Below, one piece after another: positions 15,474 through 24,473 of a stretch of 26,733 nt of DNA (positions are counted from its first letter, which is position 1; each line of letters begins with the position of its first letter). Under the pieces are notes generated by a model, which was not told the DNA's origin, searched no databases, and saw only the letters and a program-made list of their open reading frames with translations. The position numbers were made by a program, and so were the translations under genes. Origin of the DNA: an uncultured Nautiliales bacterium (lineage in GTDB: Bacteria > Campylobacterota > Campylobacteria > Campylobacterales > Nautiliaceae); contig CAZEOW010000003.1 of NCBI GenBank assembly GCA_964514005.1, positions 1 to 26,733 of the forward strand, given 5' to 3'.

Positions 15474-15930
15474 TTTTTTTAATTATGCAAGAAGTAAATC
15501 ACCTTGGATAGTGCACTTTTGTAGTGGATGTTGTTCTCTTGAGATACTTGCGGCAATGGGACCAAGATATGATTGGGAAAGGTATGGATATATAATGACA
15601 CCAACTCCAAGACAAGCAGATATTATCTTTATTACCGGATTAGTTAGTAAAAAAATTTTACCGGCTCTTCTTAGAACTTATGAACAAATGCCAGAGCCAA
15701 GATATGTAGCAGCAATAGGAGCTTGTGCTTATGATGGAGGCCCTTATAATGATAGTGTTTCAGTTATCAAAAATATGACAGAGATTTTGCCTGCAGATAT
15801 ATTTGTAGCAGGATGTCCTCCAAAACCTGAAGCAATTATTGCTGGTCTTGAAGAGTTAAAAGAAAAAATTAAAAGAGGGGAGCCAAGTGCATCAAGCCAA
15901 GGCGGCCTTTGGAAACAAATGAAATTTTAA
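15457..15930 (+). CDS. nuoB: Complex I-like subunit B (N2 cluster)
   Basis: GCCSLE, YDWERYG, PRQAD, MPEPRYV, IGACA, GCPPKPEA. Confidence 0.93.
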   Translation: MLKILDFFNYARSKSPWIVHFCSGCCSLEILAAMGPRYDWERYGYIMTPTPRQADIIFITGLVSKKILPALLRTYEQMPEPRYVAAIGACAYDGGPYNDSVSVIKNMTEILPADIFVAGCPPKPEAIIAGLEELKEKIKRGEPSASSQGGLWKQMKF

Positions 15931-15933
15931 GGG

Positions 15934-17589
15934 ATGACAATGGAGAGAATTAAAGAGATACTTAATAAATTTGATATGGAGTATGTTGAAGATTATAAAC
16001 AAAAATGGGTAAAAGCTAAATTAAAAAATAAAGAAGATTTATTAAATGTAGTTAAAGCTTTAAAAGAAGAGGGAGTTAGGACCTGTTCTACTGTATCTCC
16101 TACAGATTTTATTGATGAAAATAAAATAGAAGTAAATTATTTTCTAGAAGATTTAAGAAATAGAAGAAATATTTGGTTAAAAGTTGATATAGATAGAGAA
16201 CTTGATAAATGTGAAATTGATTCAATTACTCCTTTATTTCCAAGTGCTGATTGGCATGAATTAGAAGCTTATTCTACTTATGGAGTGAAATTTAAAGGTC
16301 ATCCAAATTTAAGATATTTCTTAATTAGCAGAGATTATTATGGGAAATTTCCATTTAGAAAAGATTTTGAGTGGAAAGAGCATGAAAAAAATTTAATAGA
16401 AAATGTAAACTCTATTACAGAAGAGTTTTTAGAAGAGTATGAAGAACATGAAAAAACAATGGGACATGAGGAAAGTAAAACAGTTCTTCACTGGGGTCCT
16501 ACTCATCCAGCAAGTGGTCCTATGAGATTAAAAGTTTATATAGATGGTGAAAATATTAAAAAAGTAGAGCCAGATATAGGATATGTTTGGAGGGCATTAG
16601 AACATTTAGCAGAGAGAAAAGATTTTATAGGAACAATAGTAGCAGTTGAGAGAATTTGTTTTATGGATAATCCAAATCCTATGATTTGTTATTCTCAAGC
16701 AGTAGAAGAAATTGCCGGAAAAGAGATTACAGAATTTGCTAAATATATGAGAGTTATCCTAGGAGAGACAGGAAGAATAGCTTCTCATTTAATTTCCCTT
16801 GGTGGATTTTTTGGCACAATGGGGCTTGCAACATTTTTAATGTGGAATTTAGATGTTAGAGAGTATTTTCTTGATGTTTTAGAAGAGTATAGTGGGGCAA
16901 GAATTGCAACTGCATGTGTAGAACCAGGTGGTGTAAGATATCCTTTAGAGGATGCAGAAGCTTGGTTTAAGAAAATTGAAGAAGCAATTGAAAAGTGGGA
17001 ATCTGTTAAAAAAGATATAGAAGATATATTTATAAATAACCCTCTTATGACTGTAAGAGCAAAAGGAGTAGGAGTATTTACACAAGATGATGTAGAAGAA
17101 TTTTATTTAGCAGGTCCTATTGCAAGAAGTACAGGCTTTAAAACCGATGTAAGAATTGATGAACCTTATGCAGCTTATGCAGATTTAGATATAGATTATG
17201 TTACATGTGAAAGTGGAGATACAAGAGATAGACTTTATATAATCTATAAAGAGATTAATCAATCAATTGATTTAATTAAACAAGCTATTGCAAAAATTAG
17301 AGCAGGAATTGAAGCAGGTGAAATGGACCCTAAAAAAGACCATCTTGTAAAAATGCCAAAAAGACTTCCAGCAGGTGAAGCGGTAAATAGAATTGAATGG
17401 GCAAGAGGAGAGATTTTAATGCATCTTGTAACAAAAGATAAAGCTACAAGTCCTTACAGACTTAAAATTAAAGCCCCAAGTGTAAATCATACAATGGTTC
17501 TTGATAAGTTATTAAGTGGAAAAACATTATCAGATATTCCACTATTTTATGGAAGTATGCATATTTGTCAGGGTGACTTAGATAGATAA
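15934..17589 (+). CDS. nuoCD: Complex I-like fused subunit C/D (no complete NiFe-binding motifs)
   Basis: NuoC part ADWHELE...FKGHPNLR...PFRKDF; NuoD part WGPTHP, GYVWR, EWARGE, RLKIKAPS, GDLDR. The real start may be ATG 15940. Confidence 0.9.
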   Translation: MTMERIKEILNKFDMEYVEDYKQKWVKAKLKNKEDLLNVVKALKEEGVRTCSTVSPTDFIDENKIEVNYFLEDLRNRRNIWLKVDIDRELDKCEIDSITPLFPSADWHELEAYSTYGVKFKGHPNLRYFLISRDYYGKFPFRKDFEWKEHEKNLIENVNSITEEFLEEYEEHEKTMGHEESKTVLHWGPTHPASGPMRLKVYIDGENIKKVEPDIGYVWRALEHLAERKDFIGTIVAVERICFMDNPNPMICYSQAVEEIAGKEITEFAKYMRVILGETGRIASHLISLGGFFGTMGLATFLMWNLDVREYFLDVLEEYSGARIATACVEPGGVRYPLEDAEAWFKKIEEAIEKWESVKKDIEDIFINNPLMTVRAKGVGVFTQDDVEEFYLAGPIARSTGFKTDVRIDEPYAAYADLDIDYVTCESGDTRDRLYIIYKEINQSIDLIKQAIAKIRAGIEAGEMDPKKDHLVKMPKRLPAGEAVNRIEWARGEILMHLVTKDKATSPYRLKIKAPSVNHTMVLDKLLSGKTLSDIPLFYGSMHICQGDLDR

Positions 17590-17598
17590 GGAGTGAAA

Positions 17599-18570
17599 AT
17601 GGGTATTGGTGAAATGTTATTTTATATTTTAGTGTTTCCGGGTTTTTTATTTTTATTAGGTTGGACATTTTTTGTTTTTTATTTTGCAAGAAAAACTCTT
17701 GCATATGTGCATAAAAGGGTAGGTCCTCACTATAATGGACCAGCAGGTAGTTTACAAACTGTTTATGATATTTTTAAACTTTTAGTAAAAGAATCTGTAA
17801 CACCAAAGAGTGCCGATCCATATTTATTTAATATTATCCCAATTTTAACTCCTCTTATAGCGGCACTTCCTGTTATCTTAATTCCATGGACTCCTCTTAT
17901 TAACAATGGACATGGAATTGTAGATACTCAATATGGAGTGTTAGGACTTGTTGTTTTAATTGGAGTTGAACCTTTCTTATTGTTCCTAACAGGGTTTGGA
18001 AGTAATAATAAATACTCTTTTCTTGGTGGTATGAGGATATTATCTCAGATGATATCGATGGAAGCTCCGTTTTTCTTAGCGGCACTTTCACCTGCACTTT
18101 TATTTGGTACAATGAATTTATATGAGATTATGTATAGCAATACTTGGCTTACAACTCTTATATTATTACCTGGTGCTATTATTTTTATTATTGCAATGCT
18201 TGGTATTTTAGAACAACCACCTTTTCATATTCCTGATGCAGAACAAGAAATTGTTTATGGATTTTATACAGAGTATGCAGGAACAAATTATGTTCTTTTA
18301 AAATTTGCTGAATTTACAGAAATTTTAGTTGTATCAGCAGCAGCAGTTGTTTTATTTTTTGGAGGGTATAAAGGATTATTCTTCGATAGTTTTTGGTGGC
18401 TGTTTTTAAAAATTATTTTAATTGCGATAGTAATGATAGGTATTAGAGCTTCTAATCCAAGACTTAGACTTGATCAAATGCTTAAATTCTGTTGGAGTTG
18501 GCTAACCCCTCTTGCAGTATTAAATCTTGTGTGGATAGCATTTGCAAAAATTTATATTTTAGGAGCATAA
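17599..18570 (+). CDS. nuoH: Complex I-like subunit H
   Basis: RVGP, DIFKLLVKE, GSNNKYSFLGGMR, EYAG, PRLRLDQ. ATG 17599 after AGGAG is preferred over GTG 17593. Confidence 0.93.
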   Translation: MGIGEMLFYILVFPGFLFLLGWTFFVFYFARKTLAYVHKRVGPHYNGPAGSLQTVYDIFKLLVKESVTPKSADPYLFNIIPILTPLIAALPVILIPWTPLINNGHGIVDTQYGVLGLVVLIGVEPFLLFLTGFGSNNKYSFLGGMRILSQMISMEAPFFLAALSPALLFGTMNLYEIMYSNTWLTTLILLPGAIIFIIAMLGILEQPPFHIPDAEQEIVYGFYTEYAGTNYVLLKFAEFTEILVVSAAAVVLFFGGYKGLFFDSFWWLFLKIILIAIVMIGIRASNPRLRLDQMLKFCWSWLTPLAVLNLVWIAFAKIYILGA

Positions 18571-18571
18571 G

Positions 18572-19090
18572 ATGTTATTTCAAATAGCTGAAAAAGTTAC
18601 AAAAGTTTTTAAATCTGTAACAGAACCAAGAATAGCAACAAAAGATGTTGTAAAAGATCCAGCACATAAATCTCAGATTTTTAGAGGAAAACATCAAATT
18701 AAATATGATTTATGTATAGGATGTGATGCTTGTAATAAAATTTGTCCTGTTGATGCAATTGTAATGAAAAAATTACCTATTAAAAAACCAAGAATTATTC
18801 CTGAAGTAAATCTTGCTATTTGTATTTTTTGTGGATTATGTGAGGATGTTTGTCCAACAAAACCAGAAAAAGCAATTAAATTAAGCGGTGGTGATATAGA
18901 AATGATTGCAGGTGGAACTCATGAAGATTTAACAAACTTTTGGGTAAGAGTAGATGTGCCAGAAGAGTGGATTGAAAAAAAGAAAAAAGAGGAAGAAGAA
19001 AAAGCTAGAAAAAAAGCTGAAGCTCTTAAAAAGAAAAAAGAGGCTGAAGCTGCTAAAAAAGCTGCTGCTAATAAAGGAGAGGGAAAATGA
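18572..19090 (+). CDS. nuoI: Complex I-like subunit I (2x[4Fe-4S]) with charged C-terminal tail
   Basis: CIGCDACNKICP and CIFCGLCEDVCP. Confidence 0.92.
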   Translation: MLFQIAEKVTKVFKSVTEPRIATKDVVKDPAHKSQIFRGKHQIKYDLCIGCDACNKICPVDAIVMKKLPIKKPRIIPEVNLAICIFCGLCEDVCPTKPEKAIKLSGGDIEMIAGGTHEDLTNFWVRVDVPEEWIEKKKKEEEEKARKKAEALKKKKEAEAAKKAAANKGEGK

Positions 19091-19554
19091 GTGTTTTAAT
19101 TTTAGCGTTGGCTCTTATTTTAGCGGTTATGAGTCTAACTCAGAGAAATACAGTAGGAGCAGTTCTTTCATTTGTTATAATGATGTTTTTATTAGGAATT
19201 TATTATATTCTTATGAATGAAAAACTTTTAGGATTGTTTCAAATATTTGTATATACAGGTGGTATAGTTGTTTTAACTCTATTTGGGATAACAGTAATAG
19301 GTGCTAAATTTCCTAAATTTGAAATTAGACCGTGGGCAGTAGCAGTAGTTAGTATTGTAATGATTGGACTTTTAATTATTCCATTTTTATTACCTGATAC
19401 TGAAACGCCATCACAAGCTATACCTTTAAAAGATCAAGTAAAAATATTTACGGATTTTTACGCTGAACTTGCAATATTTATGGGAGTTGTAGCAGCAAGT
19501 GTATTGTATGGAAGTATAAGAATGCTACATACTCTAAAACATGAAAAGGAATAA
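19087..19554 (+). CDS. nuoJ: Complex I-like subunit J
   Basis: Five hydrophobic segments; QIFVYTGGIVVL motif; position between I and K. Confidence 0.88.
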   Translation: MSVLILALALILAVMSLTQRNTVGAVLSFVIMMFLLGIYYILMNEKLLGLFQIFVYTGGIVVLTLFGITVIGAKFPKFEIRPWAVAVVSIVMIGLLIIPFLLPDTETPSQAIPLKDQVKIFTDFYAELAIFMGVVAASVLYGSIRMLHTLKHEKE

Positions 19555-19557
19555 AAA

Positions 19558-19866
19558 ATGGTAGGGTTTTATATAGATGCAATTTTTGCAATAGCCCTTT
19601 TTGGAGTGGGGTTATATGGAGTAACAAGTAAAACTGACTTTTTAAAGATTTTCTTTTCACTTGAGATTCTTTTAAATGCAGTTATTTTACTTTTAGCAAG
19701 TGGGGCGTATCATTTTGGACTTACTAAAAATTTAGCAATTGCTTATGTTATTATTGTTATTGCTACTCTTGAAGCAGCAGCTGGAGTTTTAATTTTCTTA
19801 CTTACATATAGAATTACTAATGAAGTAATTCCAGACAATTTAAATAAGGCGGTGAAAGATGAGTAG
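19558..19866 (+). CDS. nuoK: Complex I-like subunit K
   Basis: SLEILLNA and LEAAAG (both conserved Glu present). Confidence 0.9.
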   Translation: MVGFYIDAIFAIALFGVGLYGVTSKTDFLKIFFSLEILLNAVILLLASGAYHFGLTKNLAIAYVIIVIATLEAAAGVLIFLLTYRITNEVIPDNLNKAVKDE

Positions 19867-21709
19867 TGCAGTATTAATATTACTAACAGCACCGTTTATA
19901 GGTTCGGTGTTAGCTTATGTGTTAGGGAAATTAAAAATAAATTTAGCTTTTTGGGTAGCAGAAATAGTAGGTGCTATGCTATTTGCTGCAAGTATTTCTA
20001 TTTTTATGAACTATTCTCATACAGTTATTGATATAGATTATACTTGGATTGCGTATGGTGATTTAAGATTACCATTTGGTATTTATATTGATCATCTTTC
20101 AATGGTAATGCTTTTAATTGCAACAGGATTAGGGTTTGCAGATATTCATTTTGCTCATGATTATATGGGTGAAGATCCAGATCAACCAAGATATTATTCA
20201 AAAGTATTATTCTTTATTGGTGGTATGATTTTACTTGTTATTACAAAAGATTTAATTGGTGCATTTGTTGGTTGGGAGTTTATGGGGCTTGCAAGTTATG
20301 CATTAATTAGCTTTTGGTATTATAAACATTCAGCAGCAAGTGCAGGGATGCAGGCATTTCTTTATACAAGATTTGGTGATATCTTTATTTTAGCAGCAAT
20401 TGGTTTATTAGTTTATTATGCAGGAACTTTAAATTTAGTAGAACTTAATGAAATGGCAAATAATGGAGAAATTCCAAAAGTAGCTGCTCTTGTTATTGCT
20501 CTATTCATATTTATGGGAGCTATTGGTAAATCTGGACAATTTCCTCTTTATCCATGGCTTATGAATGCAATGGAAGGTCCGACTACTGTTTCAGCTTTAA
20601 TCCATGGTGCAACAATGGTTAACTCTGGTATTTATATTGTTGCAAGAATGTTTGACTTTTTTGCTTATACTGAAGCTTTATTTATTGTTGCAAATGTAGC
20701 GGCTCTTTCGGCATTTATTGGAGCAACATCGGCTCTTGTTCAAAAAGAGATTAAAAAAATCCTTGCTTACTCAACAATGTCGCATCTTTCAATTGCTTTT
20801 GTAGGACTTGGAGTTGGAAGTTTAGCAGCGGGAATGCTACATCTTGTAAACCATGCTATTTTTAAAGCATTACTATTCTTAAGTGCTGGTGCAGTAATTT
20901 ATATTGCACATCATACAAAAGATGCATGGAAATTAGGAGGGCTTATTAAAACAGCGCCTTTTGTTGCTTTATTTATGGGAATGGGTTCTTTAAGTTTAGC
21001 AGGTGTTCCTCCGTTTAGCGGATTTTTCTCAAAAGAGCTTGTGGTAACAAATGCTTGGGTTCATGGAAATGATTTCATTAAAGTATTTGCAACCATTGCG
21101 GCACTTTTATCAATTGGATATATCACAAGACTTTGGATATTAATCTTTTTAGGTGAAACAAGACATGAAGATCTAAAAGGAAGTATGCACTCTCCAAGTA
21201 ATTTATGGATTAGATTACCACTTGGAGTATTAGCTGTTGTAACATTGGCTATTGCAATTTGGCAAAGTGATATTATTCATTTTATTGTAGGTGGTGAAGA
21301 GATTGAACCACATGTAGCAGGTTTAACTGCATTTATGTTAACAGGAATGATAATTATTTTTTTAATAATTGTTGGCCTTTATGTAAAAGAATTAAAATTA
21401 CTTGAAAAAATTTCATCTCATCACTTTATGAAAACTATACATCAAGTATTATTTAATGGATATTATGTTGAAGCTATGATTACATGGATTTCAAAAACAA
21501 TTGTTGTAAACTCTTTTGGAAAATCTGCAAGATGGTTTGATACTTACGTAATAGATTGGCTTGTAAATGCTACTGTTCCTGCTACAAAAGGGGTATATAA
21601 AGCATTTAGAACAGGACATACTGGTAGAATTGGTGATTATATGGGGCTATTTGTAATAGGTGTAGCAATTATCGTAGTTGCAATACTAATAATTGTAAAG
21701 GGTCTGTAA
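19859..21709 (+). CDS. nuoL: Complex I-like antiporter subunit L
   Basis: GWEFMGLASY, TRFGD, GKSGQFPL.PWL..AMEGPT.VSALIH, KILAYST, HAIFKALLFL. Confidence 0.95.
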   Translation: MSSAVLILLTAPFIGSVLAYVLGKLKINLAFWVAEIVGAMLFAASISIFMNYSHTVIDIDYTWIAYGDLRLPFGIYIDHLSMVMLLIATGLGFADIHFAHDYMGEDPDQPRYYSKVLFFIGGMILLVITKDLIGAFVGWEFMGLASYALISFWYYKHSAASAGMQAFLYTRFGDIFILAAIGLLVYYAGTLNLVELNEMANNGEIPKVAALVIALFIFMGAIGKSGQFPLYPWLMNAMEGPTTVSALIHGATMVNSGIYIVARMFDFFAYTEALFIVANVAALSAFIGATSALVQKEIKKILAYSTMSHLSIAFVGLGVGSLAAGMLHLVNHAIFKALLFLSAGAVIYIAHHTKDAWKLGGLIKTAPFVALFMGMGSLSLAGVPPFSGFFSKELVVTNAWVHGNDFIKVFATIAALLSIGYITRLWILIFLGETRHEDLKGSMHSPSNLWIRLPLGVLAVVTLAIAIWQSDIIHFIVGGEEIEPHVAGLTAFMLTGMIIIFLIIVGLYVKELKLLEKISSHHFMKTIHQVLFNGYYVEAMITWISKTIVVNSFGKSARWFDTYVIDWLVNATVPATKGVYKAFRTGHTGRIGDYMGLFVIGVAIIVVAILIIVKGL

Positions 21710-23136
21710 TGGTAGCAATAGATATAATTTTTGCACCGATAGTGCTATCGGCACTACTTTATTTTTTAACTCGTGCAAATGAAGGACTTGCTAAATATAT
21801 AGCACTTGGGTGGTTTATTGTACAGTTTATAATTGCTTTTAACTGGTATAATCAATTACCTGAAAATGGATTTTTAGAACTCGGTACTTTTTTACAAGTT
21901 TCTCAATTTGATTTTAATTTAACTTTAAGAGTTGATGCATTGAGTGTAGCAATGCTTCTTTTAACAGCAGCACTTTTAATTTTAGTTGTATTTACTTCTT
22001 GGGAAGAGAAAAAACAAGCAGCTTATTTTAGTCTACTTGTAATGTTTAGTGGACCTATTTTTGGTGTGTTTATGACAACAAATGTATTATGGTTTTTTAT
22101 GTTTTGGGAACTGACTCTTGTGCCTATGCTATTTTTAGTAGGTATTTGGGGAGCTGAAGAAAGAATTTATGCAGCAATTAAATTTTTCTTATATACACAT
22201 GTATTTTCTATGTTTATGTTTGTTGGGTTTTATTTACTTTATAAACAAACAGGATATTGGGATTTAACTTTAATTAAAGAAACAGCAATTGCAACCCCTT
22301 TTCTTGTTTGGTGGTTAATATTTATTGGATTTGCAGCAAAACTACCGGTATTTCCTTTTCATACTTGGCTTCCAGATGCACACGTTCAAGCACCAAGCAG
22401 TATATCAGTATTACTTGCAGGTGTATTATTAAAAATGGGTGCTTATGGTTTAATTAGATTTACGGTTGAATTAATGCCACAAACTACAATTCACTTTTCA
22501 TCATATATGTTATTCTTTGGTATTGCTACTACTTTATTTGCAGGTATGCTTGCTATTTATGAAAGACATATTAAAAAAATGGTTGCTTATTCTTCAATCT
22601 CTCATATGGGACTTGTAGTAGTTGCTATTGCTACAATGACATATGATGGTTTAAGTGCAGCTCTTTATGAAATGATAGGACATGCCCTTGTTATATCACC
22701 ACTATTTTTAATAGCAGGATGGCTACATCATAAAACACATACCTGGTATATGGATGAAATGGGTGGTATTATGAAAAAAGCTCCATATGTAAGTGCTATA
22801 TTTGTATTAGCCGGTATGGCGGCTCTTGGTCTTCCGGGAACTATGGGATTTGTTGGAGAACTTACAATTATAGTATCAGCAATTAAATCTTTTGGATGGT
22901 GGATTGCAGTCATTGCAATATCTTCATTAATTAGTGCAGGATATATTATTTGGGCTATTAGAAGGGCAATTCATGGTCCTATATCAGATATTGTTGCTAA
23001 ATATAATTTTCATATGAGTTTAGCAGAAAAATTTGCATTAGCTGTATTTGCTTTATTAATTATATATTTTGGAATTCAGCCACAACCAATTTTTGATATA
23101 GCAAATCAAGCATTTAGCTTTCTTGGAGGTATGTGA
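21709..23136 (+). CDS. nuoM: Complex I-like antiporter subunit M
   Basis: FWELTLVP, AAIKFFLYT, KLPVFPFHTWLPDAH, LLKMGAYG, AYSSISHMG. TAATG overlap with nuoL. Confidence 0.95.
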   Translation: MVAIDIIFAPIVLSALLYFLTRANEGLAKYIALGWFIVQFIIAFNWYNQLPENGFLELGTFLQVSQFDFNLTLRVDALSVAMLLLTAALLILVVFTSWEEKKQAAYFSLLVMFSGPIFGVFMTTNVLWFFMFWELTLVPMLFLVGIWGAEERIYAAIKFFLYTHVFSMFMFVGFYLLYKQTGYWDLTLIKETAIATPFLVWWLIFIGFAAKLPVFPFHTWLPDAHVQAPSSISVLLAGVLLKMGAYGLIRFTVELMPQTTIHFSSYMLFFGIATTLFAGMLAIYERHIKKMVAYSSISHMGLVVVAIATMTYDGLSAALYEMIGHALVISPLFLIAGWLHHKTHTWYMDEMGGIMKKAPYVSAIFVLAGMAALGLPGTMGFVGELTIIVSAIKSFGWWIAVIAISSLISAGYIIWAIRRAIHGPISDIVAKYNFHMSLAEKFALAVFALLIIYFGIQPQPIFDIANQAFSFLGGM

Positions 23137-24473
23137 TGAGTTTTATAGTATTAATCGCAACAGGATTATTGGTACCTGTTTTTTATAAAAACCATATTAC
23201 AATAGCAAAGCTCATTGCTGTATTGGCATTTATAGCTTCTGCTTACTTTGTATATAATAATATGAGTTTAAATAGTGTGTTTCCTTATTTTGTATTAGAT
23301 GATGCTACAAAACTTATGGAATATGTAATGCTAATTACATTAGCAGCAGCATCTTTAACATTTAGTGGCTTTGAAAGACCTTTAATTTCTCAAATGCTTT
23401 TACTTGCAGGTGCAAGTTTAGGAATACTTGAGACAAATAATTTCTTTGTATTTATTGTATTGTTTGAAGTTATTGCTATAATTTCTTATATATTAGTAGC
23501 TAATATTAGAAATGCTTACAACGCAGAAGGTGCTATTAAAGCGTTTATTGCTGGTGCAGTTGCAAGCGGTATTATTTTAATCGGTTTTGCAATGTTTAGT
23601 TTTGTAACAGACAGTTTTAATTATGCTCAAATAAATGTAGATGGTAAATTTACATTAATTGCAGTAGCTATTATGTTAGCGGGTATTTTTTATAAACTTA
23701 CAATTGTTCCAATGCATGGATGGGCAAGTGATACTTATTCTCAAGTAAATCATGCAGCGGCTGGAATTTTAAGTGGGGTTATTAAAAGTGTAGTATTAGT
23801 TGCTATCTTTAAAGCTTTTTATAAATTTTTAATTGCTTATCCTACTGCAACTGTATTAATTTTTAGTTTCTTTGCTATTTTAACTATGACACTTGCAAAC
23901 TTTATGGCTTTATGGCAAAAAAGAATTTCAAAAATTTTAGCTTATTCTTCAATTGCTCATAGTGGATATGCTCTTATTCCATTTGCTGCAGCAGCAAGTG
24001 CATATTCTTATGCAGGGGTTTTATATTATGCAATTGCATATATCTTTATGCAAACAAGTGTATTTTTAATTTTAAACGATTTAAGAAGAGAGGGTGGAAT
24101 TAAATATCTTGATGATATTAAAGGACTTTATAAAAAATCACCAATGCATGCTTTATTGTTTACAATTCAATTATTTTCTTTAGCAGGTATTCCTCTACTT
24201 GCAGGATTTTTAAGTAAAGCTGTTGCATTTTATGCAGGAGTAGATGCTGGTTTATGGCCAATAGTATTAGTTGCTTTATTAAATTCGGCTCTTGCAGTTG
24301 CTTATTATGCATGGATTGTAAAACATATCTATTTTGATGAGCCTCAAGAAGGAAGTGTAGCAGAAATTCCAATGACAACGGGGAGTTTAATAGGTCAGCT
24401 TATATTATTAGCAGGAACTATCTATTTTGGAATAATAGCTTCAGATATATTTAATGCAACAATTCAAATGTAA
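23136..24473 (+). CDS. nuoN: Complex I-like antiporter subunit N
   Basis: EGAIK, YKLTIVPMHGW, KILAYSSIAHSGY, SLAGIP..AGF.SK. ATG 23136 (TGATG overlap, GGAGG SD) is preferred over GTG 23133. Confidence 0.93.
   Translation: MSFIVLIATGLLVPVFYKNHITIAKLIAVLAFIASAYFVYNNMSLNSVFPYFVLDDATKLMEYVMLITLAAASLTFSGFERPLISQMLLLAGASLGILETNNFFVFIVLFEVIAIISYILVANIRNAYNAEGAIKAFIAGAVASGIILIGFAMFSFVTDSFNYAQINVDGKFTLIAVAIMLAGIFYKLTIVPMHGWASDTYSQVNHAAAGILSGVIKSVVLVAIFKAFYKFLIAYPTATVLIFSFFAILTMTLANFMALWQKRISKILAYSSIAHSGYALIPFAAAASAYSYAGVLYYAIAYIFMQTSVFLILNDLRREGGIKYLDDIKGLYKKSPMHALLFTIQLFSLAGIPLLAGFLSKAVAFYAGVDAGLWPIVLVALLNSALAVAYYAWIVKHIYFDEPQEGSVAEIPMTTGSLIGQLILLAGTIYFGIIASDIFNATIQM

Noticed and set aside
17468-24378. 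Short ORFs at 17468, 17900, 18954, 19478, 22728 and 24160
   Set aside because: Antisense or off-frame overlaps of conserved nuo-like genes with no independent support.
15135-24473. Group 4 NiFe hydrogenase (Ech/Hyc/Hyf)
   Set aside because: Both CxxC motifs are incomplete, there is no C-terminal maturation extension, and gene order is Nuo-type.
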